Source: Thermoplasmata archaeon
Lineage (GTDB): Archaea > Thermoplasmatota > Thermoplasmata > Lutacidiplasmatales > UBA184
NCBI GenBank assembly: GCA_030040035.1
Contig: JASHUJ010000071.1
Span: forward strand, 1-39,495
DNA: 39,495 bases
Direction: 5' to 3'
The notes beneath the pieces were generated by a model, which was not told where the DNA came from, searched no databases, and was given only the letters and a program-made list of their open reading frames with translations. The number at the start of each line of letters is the position of its first letter. Positions within the stretch are counted from its first letter, which is position 1. This document shows, in pieces, positions 38,297-39,495 of the stretch. The translations under genes and the position numbers were made by a program.

Positions 38297-39456
38297 AGCG
38301 CGTCCAACCGATCCGCGAGCGCGTCCCAGCTGTAGCGCGGCACGATCGTCGTCCGCCCGTACTCCCCGAGCTGGCGACCGAGCGTCGGGTCGTCCCACAA
38401 CCGCCCGATCTGCTCGGCGAGCACCTCGGCCGATCCCGGTTCGACGAGCACGCCGGCGCGCTCGTCCTCCCCGAGCACCTCGGGGATGCCGCCCACGCGC
38501 GTCGCCACGACCGGAGCTCCTTGGGCGAGGGCCTCGAGCAGGACGAGGCCGAACGCCTCGTATTCGCTCGGCAGGACGAACACTCGGGCCCCGCGATACG
38601 CCGAATCGACGAGCTGGGGGTCCGCGACGTGGCCGAGCAGGTGGATGCGGGTCCCGAGGCCGAGCTCCCGCGCCCGATCGGAAAGGGACGCCCGCATGCC
38701 GCCGTCCTCGCCGATCAGCACGAGCTGCGCGGTCCGATCGCGCTGGGCGAGGAGGGCGAACGCCTCGACCAGATCGAGGAGCCCTTTGTTCGAGGCCAGC
38801 CGACCGACGAAGAGCACGAACGGATCGGAGATCCCGAACCGGGTGCGGAAGATCGCGGGATCCGCGAGATCGGCGGCCCGGGGACTGTAGCCGGGCGGGA
38901 CGATGACCGTCCGAGGGAGCGGGAACCCGAGCGAGCGGACGAGCTGCTCTTCCGCCCGCGTCTGGACGATCAACGCGCGCGCGTCGCGCAGTGCCGGCGC
39001 CGCGAGCGCGCCGTCGTAGAAGGCGCGGATCCGGCGGCGCATCCATCCGCCCTCGATCGACCAGATCGGGTGGAAGTGCGCGGTGAGGACGTAGGGGGTC
39101 CCGTGGCGCCGGAAATGCCGGCGGGCGATCGCCACTTGGTGGGTGCCGTACGTGTGGGCATGGACGATCTGGGGCCGATCCCGGTCGAGCGCCGCGTGCA
39201 GGCCCCGGAAGAACGTGTAATGCAGCTCGCCCGGCATCGACCAGACCCGCAGTCGGTGGATCGCACCGTAGGAGGTCGTCTCCTCCCGGGGCACGTCCGG
39301 CGGAAGGCGCTCCCAGGGGAACTCCCGGTAGAGCTCGCTCGTGTACACGTCGACCCGGTGCTGGTGGGCCGCGAGGCGCGGCGCGAGCTCGACGACATGG
39401 CGCTCGACGCCGCCCGGCGCCGGCGGATAGCGGGTGGTGAGCTGCGCGACCTTCAC
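38272..39456 (-). CDS. Glycosyltransferase family 4 (GT-B fold), tandem paralog B
   Basis: 394 aa, GTG start: MKVAQLTTRYPPAPGGVERHVVEL...HAHTYGTH...FVGRLASNKGLLDLVEA...FVLPSEYEAFGLVLLEALAQGAPVVATRVGGIPEVL. Confidence 0.88.
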   Translation of the reverse strand: MKVAQLTTRYPPAPGGVERHVVELAPRLAAHQHRVDVYTSELYREFPWERLPPDVPREETTSYGAIHRLRVWSMPGELHYTFFRGLHAALDRDRPQIVHAHTYGTHQVAIARRHFRRHGTPYVLTAHFHPIWSIEGGWMRRRIRAFYDGALAAPALRDARALIVQTRAEEQLVRSLGFPLPRTVIVPPGYSPRAADLADPAIFRTRFGISDPFVLFVGRLASNKGLLDLVEAFALLAQRDRTAQLVLIGEDGGMRASLSDRARELGLGTRIHLLGHVADPQLVDSAYRGARVFVLPSEYEAFGLVLLEALAQGAPVVATRVGGIPEVLGEDERAGVLVEPGSAEVLAEQIGRLWDDPTLGRQLGEYGRTTIVPRYSWDALADRLDALYREIVPG

Positions 39457-39495
39457 GGAACCGGGGCGACCGCCCTCGCCTCCCTGCGCGTGCGG

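Noticed and set aside
1-39495. CRISPR arrays, rRNA genes, IS elements and recognisable multi-gene defence systems (RM, CBASS, Cas, TA modules)
   Set aside because: Reading the intergenic regions turned up no regularly spaced direct repeats. I saw no cas-like, methyltransferase, transposase or toxin-like products among credible ORFs. The only nuclease is the solitary HNH gene reported above.

Overview
This is a high-GC segment, roughly two-thirds G+C by eye, with strong G/C preference at third codon positions. That bias was my main guide for choosing real frames among the many overlapping ORFs in the track. The content looks like ordinary archaeal chromosome, plausibly Thermoplasmatota-like. 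That placement is inference from two thermopsin-family giant secreted proteins, an F420-dependent NADP reductase, tRNAs without encoded CCA, and rare AT-rich TATA-like boxes about 25-40 nt upstream of starts.

I support about 37 protein genes and 2 tRNAs:
- Housekeeping and metabolism: thyX (partial, missing from the ORF track), metG coupled to a PHP phosphoesterase, tRNA-Cys(GCA), thrC, purA, three aminotransferases, a Zn-dependent dehydrogenase, an NDP-sugar pyrophosphorylase, UspA, a sulfite-oxidase-family Mo enzyme, an NDH-2-like flavoprotein and a LysO/DUF340 exporter.
- A four-gene DtxR/MntR-regulated metal ABC uptake operon with a perfect palindromic operator candidate.
- tRNA-Val(CAC), a solitary HNH endonuclease, and two tandem GT4 glycosyltransferases.
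- Accessory-looking content: two divergent paralogous thermopsin-like secreted proteins of 1013 and 925 aa; an 897-aa Kelch plus CarboxypepD_reg-like anchored surface protein; and a five-gene start/stop-overlapped MoxR AAA+ / DUF58 cassette.

The MoxR/DUF58 cassette has a free-standing DUF4129-like protein and two uncharacterised membrane proteins. It is my best candidate for a poorly understood system.

I see no CRISPR array, rRNA, transposase, integrase or recognisable multi-gene defence system. Many long ORFs in the track are antisense or out-of-frame artefacts of the GC content, and several real genes are over-extended at the 5' end; one extension reads straight through tRNA-Val. All family assignments come from motif recognition by eye and need HMM confirmation.
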